Origin: Octopus vulgaris
Lineage: Eukaryota
Reading direction: 5' to 3'
Assembly: GCA_951406725.2 (NCBI GenBank)
Contig: OX597836.1
Span: 30,380,001-30,444,000 of the forward strand
Length of the DNA: 64,000 nucleotides
Part shown: in pieces, positions 1 to 11,001 of the stretch
Layout: each line of letters starts with the position of its first letter
Numbering within the stretch: the first letter of the stretch is position 1
Made by a program: the position numbers and the translations under genes
Notes under the pieces: generated by a model
The model's input: the letters and a program-made list of their open reading frames with translations, nothing else
What the model was told of the DNA's origin: nothing
Databases searched by the model: none

Positions 1-72
1 ACTGTCCTCAATCTGCTTGTAAACCTTTGGTGATTAATAAAAAATTAAAAAGAATCTTTATTATTGTCAACG

Positions 73-285
73 TGGTGAGGGGACAGAATTGTTAGAGCAT
101 CAGATAAAATGCCTTGCAGTATGTCATCTGGTCTATTACATTCTGAGTTCAATTACCACTAAGTTTAAATTTGCCTTTCATCCTTTTGGCATCAATAAAA
201 TAAGTACTAGTGAAGAACTGAGAATGATGTAATTGACTTGGCCCCTCACCTCAAACTGCTGGTCTTCTGCCAAAATTTGAAACCA
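73..285 (+). mobile_element. tRNA-headed SINE family A, degenerate copy
   Basis: Matches the recurring consensus GGCGGCGAGCTGGCAGAATCGTTAG...TTCTGAGTTCAAAT...CTTTGCCTTTCATCCTTT...AAGTAC seen many times in the window. Confidence 0.75.
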
Positions 286-320
286 TTATTATCATCATTA
301 TTATTATTATTATTATTACA

Positions 321-580
321 CCATCCGATCGTGGCCGTTGCCAGCCTCCGTGCCGGTGGCATGTAAAAAGCACCATCCGATCGTGGCCGTTTGCCAGCCT
401 CGTCTGGCACGTAAAAAGCAGCCACTACACTCATGGGGTGGTTGGCGTTAGGAAGTGCATCCAGCCGTAGAAACATTGTCAGATCAGACTGGGCCTGGTG
501 CAGCTTTCTGGCTTCCCAGACTCCAGTTGAACCGTCCAACCCATGCTAGCGTGGAAGGCGGGCGCTAAACGGTGATGATT
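321..580 (+). mobile_element. Short retroposon family C (GGCACGTAAAAAGCACC...CATCCAGCCGTAGAAAC...CCATGCTAGCATGG, (GAT)n tail)
   Basis: Near-identical to 31952-32190 and, inverted, to 26715-26890; ends in a (GAT)n tail like RTE-mobilised elements. Confidence 0.75.
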
Positions 581-607
581 ATTATTATTATTATTATCAT
601 TATTATT

Positions 608-808
608 AAGGTGGTGAGCTGGCAGAATCGTTAGTACATTGGACAGAATGCTAAGTAGTATTTCACCCATCATTACGTTCTGAGTTCAAATTCCATTGAG
701 GTCAACTTTGCCTTTCATCTTTTTGAGGTCAATAAATTAAGTACCAGGGAAACACTGGGGTCAAGGTCATTGACTAGTCCTCTCCCCTAAATTTCAGGCC
801 TTGTGCTT
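608..808 (+). mobile_element. SINE family A copy
   Basis: AAGGTGGTGAGCTGGCAGAATCGTTAG head, GAGTTCAAATTCC B-box, CTTTGCCTTTCATC core. Confidence 0.8.
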
Positions 809-959
809 ATTATTATTGGATTGGCAGAATTGTCAGAGTGTTGGACAAAATTCCTTCTGGTACTTATCATTCTGATCTCAAATACCACAAAGATCAAATT
901 TCATTCTTACAGGTCAATAAATTATAGTAATGGTCAAGTACTGGTAATGATTTAATTTA

Positions 960-1900
960 CTAACCAATTACCACAAATCATTGAACTTGAGCTAAAGTTT
1001 GCCTTGATTTCCCTGTCTGTGTGGATTAACATATCTCGAGAGAATGGTAACTTATTCGCTCTCTTCAACTGTTTTTGATATATGCTTCTACCATCTCTCT
1101 TCCATTGGTATTTCATAAGGCTGGCATTTTTATATGCCATGGCTTATTAAGCACAAACACATGCTGAGACTGCCATATATCCAGTTTGTGAAGCATATAT
1201 TTTCATATTTCATTCTCAGTAAAACGAAAGCCAAGTTTGAGTGTTTCGCATCCGATTTATTTTCAAGGATTCAGTCCTCTGCTAGTCTGGCAATGCAACT
1301 AGTGGTATATCAACCCTTGCAATCTAGAGAGGGTTACTGGTGGCCATGAAAGACAATATTCTTGGGGTGACCGAACAACCTACTTCAGAGAACTTTCGGC
1401 TTGAAACTATGGACAACTACCAAAAATCCCTGGCCTAGAGGCATTGTCAGCTTGGGAGATAAACACTAAAGTCACAGTAGATTCATTAGCTGGACCTGTG
1501 TGAAAAACACTAATGGAGATAAATCTACTTTACAAACACTCATTCAGTGCCCAGATATTGCTCACTTGTGGAATTATGTGAAACAGTTGTTATTGTCAAG
1601 TGTAATATGGATCTGGCTTTCAGCTAAGTCCATAGCAAGGATCACCCCCCCCACTTTCTTCCCTTGATTGGAAAGGGCAGATAATTTCCTCTGTCTGGTG
1701 GGCATGGCTAAAGACAAAGTATGAGGGACAAGATGGATAGGACCGAAGAGAAGCATTTCCTCTTTGGTCAAGCCCTCAACAACTTTTCCAAATTGCACTT
1801 GGTGAAAAAGGGGAAAGGTACTGAAGGAAATGGTACCCTCCAGTGATTTTTCTGAAAGTCAAGTGAGGGTAGCAAGAATGGCACTTGCTCTTGAGAATCA
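960..1900 (+). pseudogene. Decayed L1/Tx1-like LINE ORF2 C-terminal fragment
   Basis: Broken frames read ...TMDNYQKSLA...TLIQCPDIAHLWNYVKQLL...FLCLVGMAKDKV*GTR, resembling the Cys-rich C-terminus of L1/Tx1 ORF2; many stops and frameshifts. Confidence 0.45.
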
Positions 1901-2051
1901 GAATAATCCAAGATCAGCGGGATTACTTGGGTAGCTCTTGTAGCCATTCTCCTGTTGGGATGTGCCGTTTCATATCATTTGTAAATCATTGTTTTCCAAG
2001 CCTGTTCTGTTTTTTTTTTTTGTTTTGTTTCATATTTTGCCCCACAACCTA

Positions 2052-2650
2052 TAGGCACAGGTGTGTCTGTCTGGTTAAGAAGCCTGCTTCGCAACCATAT
2101 GGCCTTCAGTTCAGTCCCACCGTATAGTACCTTGAACAAATGTCTTCTTCTATAACCCCAGGCCAGCCAAAGCTTTGTGAGTGGATTTGGCAGACAGAAA
2201 ACAGAAAGAAGCCTGTTATTTTTATGTGCATTTATCCCCATACACCAGTGCTTTGCAAACTTTTTGCTGGAGCGGAACCCCAAGGAAACATTCCACTGGC
2301 TCGAGGAACCCCTGTGCAATAATTTAATAGTCTTCTGCACACATATCTGCACAGGAGAATTAAAAATTACTGCCGATTTTAGCAGTTTTGTAACTTCTTG
2401 CGGAACCCCTGGACTGTACTGGCGGAACCCTAAGGTTTCGCGGAACCCTGATTGAAAACCACTGCCCTACACCATAGCTTGACAACCAGTGAGTGTTTAT
2501 TTACAACCCTGTAACTTAGCAGTTCAGCAAAAGAGATTGAGATAATAAGTACTCTGCTTTAAAAGAATAAATACTGAAGTTAATTCATTTGTCTAAAACT
2601 CCACAAGGTGGCGCCCCAGTATGATCGCAGTTTAATGACTGAAACAAGAT
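2052..2650 (+). mobile_element. tRNA-headed SINE family B, interrupted by a hAT-type MITE
   Basis: Head ...GTTCAGTCCCAC...CTTG(G)CAA.TGTCTTC...GTGAGTGGATTTGG and tail AATGACTGAAACAAG match the young copy at 47108-47500. Confidence 0.75.
2246..2464. mobile_element. hAT-type MITE
   Basis: Ends CAGTG...CACTG, internal repeated GCGGAACCC motifs, 8-bp TSD CCATACAC (2238-2245) / CCCTACAC (2465-2472). Confidence 0.8.
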
Positions 2651-2984
2651 ATCGATTCTGCATTTACTTGCACTGTTTCTTTTTTATCCTTCTTTCCAGA
2701 GTTTCTTTTGGTAACGCCCTCTTCATCTATCGCCCTTGTTGCAAATAAAAGAAACCCTTAATATTATTATTATTAGTATGATGATGCCGATGATGATGAT
2801 GATGGCTATGATATTCTGAATAAATTCACAATTTAATATATTGTTCCCGTTTCATTTTTTTCATGACCAAAGACAAATGACTTAACAAAAGGAATTCATT
2901 TGTTAAACCCAGTGAATGGTAGCAGAGAGAAAAAGGGAAAATGAATGTAATTTCTTCATTTGCTTTTTGTTTTTGTTTTTCCGA

Positions 2985-3058
2985 TAATGATGATGGTGAT
3001 GATGAGATTATGTTGTTGTTTGTGGTGGTGGTATTATCATTATTATTATTATTATTAT

Positions 3059-3098
<40 letters not shown>

Positions 3099-3131
3099 GG
3101 TAGTAGTAGTGGTGTAGTGGTGGTGGTAGTG

Positions 3132-3177
<46 letters not shown>

Positions 3178-3250
3178 TAGTGGCAGAGGTGGCAGCAGCA
3201 GCATCATCATTACCACCACCATCGCCATCATCATCGTTATTATTATTACT
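2985..3250. repeat. Compound trinucleotide microsatellite (GAT/GTT/ATT/AGT/GGT/GCA/CAT/CAC)
   Basis: Directly visible. Confidence 0.95.
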
Positions 3251-3754
3251 TCCTTGTAAGAGTTGACTACTGCTCCATTACTTCAGGACTTGCCTGTGTC
3301 TTTTTCCACTGCACATGTTGAATGTGGTTTACTATGCATGTTGCATTACAAGCACACACACACAAAATATATATTTTATAATATAAATATATATTGGAGA
3401 TTTCCTTCCTTCTCCTAGGTACATTACCAACCAAGGTTAAGGAGCTTCTACCTTCCCACGAGGATGGCTATCCCAAGCCAGACACCAAACTGACACCCAA
3501 ACTGCTTTCCAAATCAGTGATTGCTTATGTTCTGGAGGAATTAGAAAGTACAGAGTTAGTGGATGATATGCTGGCAGCAAATGTCAACAAACGTTGCCTG
3601 TTGACGTAACAAACAGTTACACCTTGGTGTAACTTCTACCATTTACACAGACACATCGCAAAGATGTACCCCAGAATGGCTACAGCAATGGGCTGAAACA
3701 CATAAAAGAATAAACATATATAATATATACACATATGTATATATATACTGTAGT

Positions 3755-4120
3755 CATGGCTGATGCTGGTGTCATGTAACTGGCACGTAAAAAGCACTTT
3801 TCAAGTGTTGGGCCTCACGGAGGCAAAGTGGCCAATGCTGGTGGCACGAGAAAAGCACCTTTTGAGTGTTGTGCCTCACAGAGGCAATGATGAATGACTG
3901 AGGCATTTGGCATTATGCTCTACTTGACAAGAAGACCCATCAAGCGAAGTAAAATCACAGTTGTAGCAGATACTGGTGTCACACAAATGGCGCCCATTAC
4001 CTATCCAGCTGCAGAAACCATTCCAAATCAGACTGGAGTCTGGTGCAGCTTTCCAGCATGCCACCCCCTGATAAACTATCCAACCCATGCCAGCATGGAC
4101 AACATTAAATGATGATGATG
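3755..4120 (+). mobile_element. Family C retroposon copy
   Basis: GGCACGTAAAAAGCAC repeats; CCAACCCATGCCAGCATGG...ACATTAAATGATGATGATG tail. Confidence 0.65.
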
Positions 4121-4124
4121 CTGA

Positions 4125-4152
4125 TATATGCACACATATATCTAATATATAA

Positions 4153-4208
<56 letters not shown>

Positions 4209-4425
4209 GCATATACACAGTATATATATTTATATATATGTATGCATATACACTATATATATATGCATATACATTATATATATATATATATATATATATA
4301 TGCATATACATTATATATATATACATACACAGTATATATATTTGTATATATGTGTGCATATGCACTATATATATATATATATACATACATACACAGTATA
4401 TATATTTATATATATGTGTGCATAT

Positions 4426-4466
<41 letters not shown>

Positions 4467-4710
4467 CCCACAAACATACAGAAGATTTGAATGAACTACC
4501 ACATTGAAAACCTATTTTGGGATTCAAATATAGTAGTTGCTTTACACTTACTGTGCTGGCAGCATACATATGTGTGCATGTGTGTGTGCATTTGTGTGCA
4601 CATATATATATATATATACACATACACACACAAACATCTACATACACACAATCATATATACACGAACGTGTGTTTATGAATTTACATACATGTGCACACA
4701 TACACAAACT
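4125..4710. repeat. (TA)n/(CA)n low-complexity tract
   Basis: Directly visible; source of the spurious YIYI ORFs. Confidence 0.95.
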
Positions 4711-5099
4711 TTGTAATGCTTCAGTAAAAATGCATAAAAATCAATATATTAAATGCTTTGATCAATTGGTATAAGTACATATATCTAAAATTTAGGAATC
4801 ATGTACAGCTATTTAATTCTTAATGGTAGCTAGCCAAAATGAAAATAAACACAAAATTTTAAAAAAATAAAAAATAAATAACATTATTAATAACGGTGTC
4901 TAATTTAGGCACAAAGCCAGCAGGTTCGAGGAGAGAGAATTAGTGAACATCATCGACACCAATACTTGACTGGTACATTATATATCGACTTGGGAGAGAT
5001 GAAAGGCAAAATTGACCTCAACAGGATTTCAATTCATTGTGTGTGTGTGTGTGTGTGTGTATTCACTCATGTATATTATAAGTATATATTTTGTATCGC

Positions 5100-5472
5100 T
5101 TTTACTTTTACTTGTTTCAGTCATTTGACTGTGGCCATGCTGGAGCACCACCTTTAGTCGAGGAGCAAATCGCCCCCAGGACTTATTCTTTGTAAGCCTA
5201 GTACTTATTCTATCAGTCTCTTTTGCTGAACCGCTAAGTTACGGGGGACCTGAACACACCAGCATCGGTTGTCAAGCGATGTTGGGGGACACAAACACAC
5301 ATATGTATGCATATATACAACAGGCTTCTTTCAGTTTCTGTCTGACAAATCCAGTTACAAGGCTTTGGTTGGCCCAAGGCTATAGTAGAAGACACTTGCC
5401 CAAGGTGCCATGCAGTGAGACTGAACCTGGAACTACGTGGTTGGTAAGCAAGCTACTTACCACACAGCCACT
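5100..5472 (-). mobile_element. SINE family B, near full length
   Basis: Reverse complement of the 47108-47500 consensus. Confidence 0.85.
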
Positions 5473-5796
5473 CGTACGCCGATGTGAGTGTTTGTATTTC
5501 AACATGCAAAACAAAGCAAATTCAAGACGTACAGCAAGGCCTGAAGTAATGGAGCAGTAGTCAACTCTTACAATAAAGTAATGATGATGGTGATGGTGGT
5601 GATGGTGATAGAAGTTACTACTACTACTACTATTACTACTAGGGCTACTCAAGTAATCCCACAGATCTTTGATTATTCAGAATGTTAAGAACCAAATGAA
5701 ACAATTCTTTTTAATTTTGGCACAACACTAGCAATTTTGTGGTTAATGGGAAGTCGATTATATCAACCCCAGTCCTCAATGGGTATTTATTTTAGC

Positions 5797-6370
5797 TGGC
5801 ATGTAACAAGCACCATTTGAGCATGGCTGAGGCCAGTGCCACCTTAGCAGCTCTTGTGCTGGTGACATGTAAAAAGCACCATTTAGCGTGGTCGATACCA
5901 GTGCCGCCTTACTGGCTCCCATGCTGATGGCACATAGAAAACAACATTTGAGTGAGGTCGATGCCAGTGCCGCCTGACTGGCTCTTGTGCTGGTGGCATG
6001 TAAAAAGCACCATTCAGCGTGGTCGATACCAGTGCCACCTTACTGGCTCCCATACTGATGGCACATAGAAAACAACATTTGAGTGAGGTCGATGCCAGTG
6101 CCACTTGACCGGCTCTTGTGCCGATGGCATATAAAAAAGCACCATTCAAGTGTGGTCGTTGCCAATGCCACCTCACTGACCCCTGTGTTGGTGGCACATA
6201 AAAAGCACCCACAACACTCTTGGAGTGGTTGGTGTGAGGAAGGGCATCCAGCTGTAGAAACCTTGCCTAAACAGATTGGAACCTAGTGCAGCTTCCTGGC
6301 TTGCCAGTCCTCAGTGAAAGTGTCCAACCCATGCCAGCATGGAAAGCGGACGTTAAACGATAATGATGAG
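5797..6370 (+). mobile_element. Family C retroposon with an internal ~65-bp minisatellite (130-bp higher-order repeat)
   Basis: About 6 units of GGCACATAAAAAGCACCATT..GTGGTCGAT.CCAGTGCC; 5878-6007 and 6008-6137 are near-identical dimers. Confidence 0.8.
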
Positions 6371-6723
6371 GAACCTGTAAAAGATGAGAGACAAACTCAA
6401 ACCTCAGTGGCATTTGAACTCAGAGGGTCAAGAGCTGAAAGAAATGCTACTAAGCAGTTTGTTCAGCGTGGTAATAATTCTGCCAGCTGACTGCCTTGAG
6501 TCAGAAGAAAGAATGCAAAGTAACTTTTGCAATGCTTTAACAACAGTACCAATAAACCTTCGTAATATTTTCTATTGTCATATGTTTAAATATTTCACTT
6601 GGACATTGTGAGACCAATATCCCAATGTAGAACTCAATATATATATGTTTCAGAATGATATACTTCCAGAGGACAGGGTGGTAGTAAGAAAGAGAAAGGA
6701 ATAAATGATTATCGGATATTTGA

Positions 6724-6804
6724 GGCTCTGATGAAGCTATAAGGTCTTATTCAGACACTCAACCACGAGTCTACTGTATCTTATAGTAGAAACAGCTGTA
6801 AGCT
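6724..6804 (+). ncRNA. Minimal type I hammerhead ribozyme motif (Penelope-like-element type)
   Basis: Stem I GGCT/AGCT; core CTGATGA 6728-6734; stem II GCTATAAG/CTTATAGT; GAAAC 6789-6793; palindromic stem III ACAGCTGT; GTA cleavage triplet 6798-6800. Confidence 0.7.
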
Positions 6805-7407
6805 AATGAAGTTATATCTTTCTTCTAACATCATCATTATTGTCAGTCGACCTTTTATCTTCTAATTTTTACTTGTTTCAATTATTGGATGGGAGCCATG
6901 CTGGGGCACAGCTTTGGAGTGTTTCAGTCAAAGAAATCAACCCCAGAGCCTTTCATTTTTTTTTTATGTTTTAAAAATTTTTTTCTCTATTTTTTTTTAG
7001 CGACTGGCTTGTCTGCTTTGTCAAATCACTAGTTTACAGGGATGTAAACAAACTGACTACATTTAAAAATAAATATAAACACATACATATATACATACGT
7101 ATGTGTGTGTGTGAATGCACATGTGTGTGTATATGTGTGCATATCTATATGTTTATATTACGCATGTATATATATATGTGTGTGTGTGTGTGAAAATATG
7201 TATATGTGTATATATGCATATATATTATATATGCATGCAAATATATAAATATATTGTACATTTTCATCTCCCTTTTGTATTTCACTTTGACATATTTATA
7301 TTCTAGTTTTCATTTACTTTTTCTGTCAATTATATGTTATAAATTCTTTAACATGTAATATCAAATGCTATAGTTTTCTTCATTTTCAACATTTATTTAA
7401 GTTTCAA

Positions 7408-7476
7408 TTGCTGAAGAAATGATGCATATTTATTATATCAACTTATAATAAATCCATTATTGAAACATGTATACAA
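7408..7476 (+). ncRNA. Minimal type I hammerhead ribozyme motif
   Basis: CTGAAGA 7411-7417; stem II AATGATG/CATTATT extended by ATTTATTATA/TATAATAAAT; GAAAC 7462-7466; palindromic stem III ACATGT; GTA triplet; stem I TTG/CAA is offset by 2 nt. Confidence 0.6.
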
Positions 7477-7539
7477 AGGTTATTTGAAGAAAGCTTTCCA
7501 TGAGATCGTGCGTTTTTGTGTGTGTGTGTTGGTTGGTCA

Positions 7540-8260
7540 ATTTCAGGAGTGGGGTTAAGTCAATTACATCTACCTCAGTACATTATTTACATTATTTACA
7601 ATTGACGGATAGTTGTCCTCATCTTGTTTGTTTTTAACACATTTCGGCTGATATACCCTCCAGCCTTCAACAGGTGTATGGGTGAAATTTCAAACCTTGG
7701 TTCTCATTCCTAAGGGGTTTTTTTTATATTGCTGTTGTTATTATTATTATTATTAGTAGTAGTAGTATTATTAGTATTATTATTCAGGTTACTGCCTGGA
7801 ATTGAACTTGGAATCTTGGGGTTAGTAACCCACACTCTTAACCACTACACCATATGCCCGTATATATGGCATAGTGGTTAAGAACACGGGCTACTTACCC
7901 CAACATTCCGAGTTCAATTCCAGGCAGCGACCTGAATAATAATAACAACAACAACAACATCGAAATAAAAAAAAAACCTTAGGAATGAGAACTCGGGTTC
8001 AAAATTTCCCCAAGACACCTGATGAAGGTTGGAGGGTATATCAGCCGAAACAAACAAGATGAGGACAAATATCCGTCAATTGTAAATAATGTAAACAATT
8101 CCTCATCTCTTAAATACAGAACTGTATCTACCTCAGTGTTCAACTGGTGCTTATTTTATTGACTTTGAAAGGCAAAAGGCAAAGTTGAATTTAGTGGAAT
8201 TAGAACTCAGTAAGCAAAGACAGAAAAAATGCTGCTAAGCAATTTGCATTGCATCTTAAC
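7540..8260 (-). mobile_element. SINE family A copy split by the 7580-8125 insertion
   Basis: Removing the insert and one TSD restores ...AAGTCAATTACATCTACCTCAGTGTTCAACTGGTGCTTATTTTATTGAC..., continuous family A sequence. Confidence 0.75.
7580..8125. mobile_element. Palindromic tRNA-headed element with hammerhead motifs and 12-bp TSD (candidate non-autonomous Penelope-like element)
   Basis: Inverted arms ~7585-7855 and ~7864-8095; A-box TGGCATAGTGG (7867-7877) and B-box GAGTTCAATTCC (7910-7921) are mirrored in the left arm; HHR cores at 8014-8051 (+) and 7636-7677 (-); TSD ATCTACCTCAGT at 7568-7579 and 8126-8137. Confidence 0.8.
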
Positions 8261-8262
8261 GG

Positions 8263-8307
<45 letters not shown>

Positions 8308-8316
8308 ATATATGAA

Positions 8317-8366
<50 letters not shown>

Positions 8367-8681
8367 TATATATACATATATATATATTTATACATAAATA
8401 TATATTTATATATAAATATATATACTTATATGTTTATATATAAATATATATACATACTTATAAATGTTTATATATAAATATATATACATATATATATGTT
8501 TTTATATAAGTATATATACTTATATATATGTTTATATATAAATATATATACTTATATATATGTTTATATATATATATATACATATTTTTATATATATTTT
8601 TGTATGTATATATATATATATATATATATATGTTTGTAAATATATATATAATTGTGTATATATATATTTGTGTGTGTATGC

Positions 8682-8720
<39 letters not shown>
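8263..8720. repeat. (TA)n/(TG)n tract
   Basis: Directly visible. Confidence 0.95.
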
Positions 8721-8723
<3 letters not shown>

Positions 8724-8965
8724 AGCATTCACTTTTCCGTGCTTTCATGAGTCTAACAAAAATCATTGGAACAGATTTTCTCCCACCAGATGACCTTCAG
8801 TCACCAACCCTTACCTGTTTCCCCACAGTGAAACATGTTTCCATAGAAAATTGAAAATAATGGCCAGTGCCTGAAAGACAGTGAGGCGTATCTAAAACTA
8901 TCAAGTGATGGTGAAACAAGAAAACACAAACACACATGTATGTGTGTGTATATATATATATATTT

Positions 8966-9012
<47 letters not shown>

Positions 9013-9184
9013 ATGATTCTTTCAATTTCATCTACCAAATCCATTTGGGAGTCTTTGGTTGTAGAAGACACTTCCCCGAGGTGCCATGCAGTGGGACTGA
9101 ACCCAAAATCATGTAGTTCAGAAGCAAGCATCTTTACCACACAACCATAACTGTGTGCACATATGCACACACGGATTTTGCAAT

Positions 9185-9316
9185 GTATGTACATACATAT
9201 ATATATTCACATATTATGTAATTTCATATATGTACATATGTATATATTCACATATTATGTAATTTCATATATGTACATATGTATATATATATATACACAC
9301 TAACATATATATATGT

Positions 9317-9368
<52 letters not shown>

Positions 9369-9834
9369 TAACATATATATATATATATATATATATGTAC
9401 ATATGTGCACATATATATTGACATATATGCACAGATATATATATATATATATATATATACATACACACATACTTATACATCCACACAAAGATAGATATAC
9501 ACATAGGTATACATATACACATCGTGGAGTTACACTCCGTTGGCAACATCAGTCAACTAGAACTACTTCCCTCGTGGCAGAGATCTATAAAATGCAATCA
9601 AGGATCTGAAATCTCAGTTTTTTTTCTAGCCAATAATCAATTTTTAAACAGTGAATAATGTTTTCTGCTATTTTTTCTCTTGCCTTCATTTCAAATATGT
9701 GAAAATGTCAAAAGTCACACAAGACAACAATGAAAACCAAAGAAGAAAAATTCCAAAAGTTTAAACATTGATGACAAAAATGGAAACAAAAAATATCAAT
9801 TTTCATGTCAAACCAAATATACTTTCAATGCTTA

Positions 9835-9933
<99 letters not shown>

Positions 9934-10070
9934 TATATATATTATATATATATATATAATTATATATATATTATATATATATATACACATATATACATAC
10001 ATATATACACACACACATACATACATATATATAAACACACACATATACACATACATATAAACACACACAC

Positions 10071-10111
<41 letters not shown>

Positions 10112-10139
10112 CACACATACACACTGATACACACTCACA

Positions 10140-10177
<38 letters not shown>

Positions 10178-10370
10178 AGGTAGATGTGTGTGCATCAAAC
10201 CATATATATCACACACACACACACATGCAATATATACACATATATAAGGAAACACAAGGACACACCCACACAACTACAATCACAAACACATATATATAAC
10301 CATATACATATATATATATATAGGCATATGATCATGCAGACACATACACCCGCACATACACATGCACAGA
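9185..10370. repeat. Two long (TA)n/(CA)n low-complexity tracts (9185-9520, 9840-10370)
   Basis: Directly visible. Confidence 0.9.
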
Positions 10371-10471
10371 GGAACACTAATAGCAAAACTGAATCGTTCA
10401 TTGCAAAATAAATATAAAAAGTGACATAAACATAAAAAGCCCATATAAACATCTGGTAAAAAAATACTTAC

Positions 10472-10512
10472 CTGTTACAAGGTTGTTGCAGAGAGATCAA
10501 TTAGGAAACAGT
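10472..10512 (-). other. Candidate 41-nt exon
   Basis: Minus strand reads cacttactttctacag|ACTGTTTCC...TGTAACAG|gtaagtat, with a consensus donor and a plausible acceptor in repeat-free sequence. Confidence 0.45.
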
Positions 10513-10835
10513 CTGTAGAAAGTAAGTGATTATCCTATTAATTAAAATTGCTCCCTTTTTTTAAAATTTTCTTTTTTTCACATTATTTTCTTTCCAATGT
10601 AAATAAAACAATAACTGATTGAAAAGAATTCTATTTCCCATCAATGCACATGAATGGATGTAATAAAGTTTTCAACAGTGATTAAATATATTTTCAGTAA
10701 CAGAAATATTCTCAAAAATATTAAGTGTATGTGTATATACACATACTTGCAATATTAAAGGCACATTCACATGATGTATACACACACACACATATAAATG
10801 TATGTATAGATTGTTTTGAAGTGTTGTACAGATTT

Positions 10836-11001
10836 TATATATTAAGAAAAAGGAAACAGGATTTGAATAAAAACTATTTATTTCGCACTTTCATTCCTTT
10901 GAGGGATTCATCATGAATTCATGATGAATCTCTCAAAGGAATAAAAGTGCTAAATAAACAGTATTTATCCAAATCCTGGCAATCTCCTTGTTCTTGATAT
11001 A
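10836..11001. repeat. Spacerless imperfect palindrome centred on GAATTC (10915-10920)
   Basis: CAGGATTTGAATAAA...TTCCTTTGAGGGATTCATCATGAA|TTCATGATGAATCTCTCAAAGGAA...TTTATCCAAATCCTG. Confidence 0.85.

Noticed and set aside
3394-3609. 71-aa ORF with protein-like composition
   Set aside because: It has a non-ATG start, no splice signals or recognisable motif, and is probably an old repeat fragment.
4105-4774. ORFs rich in YI/HT/CV dipeptides here and throughout the track
   Set aside because: They are translations of (TA)n, (CA)n and (TG)n microsatellites.
5797-6210. Regularly spaced repeats superficially like a CRISPR array
   Set aside because: The intervening sequences are themselves repeated (a tandem minisatellite), the context is eukaryotic, and there are no cas genes.
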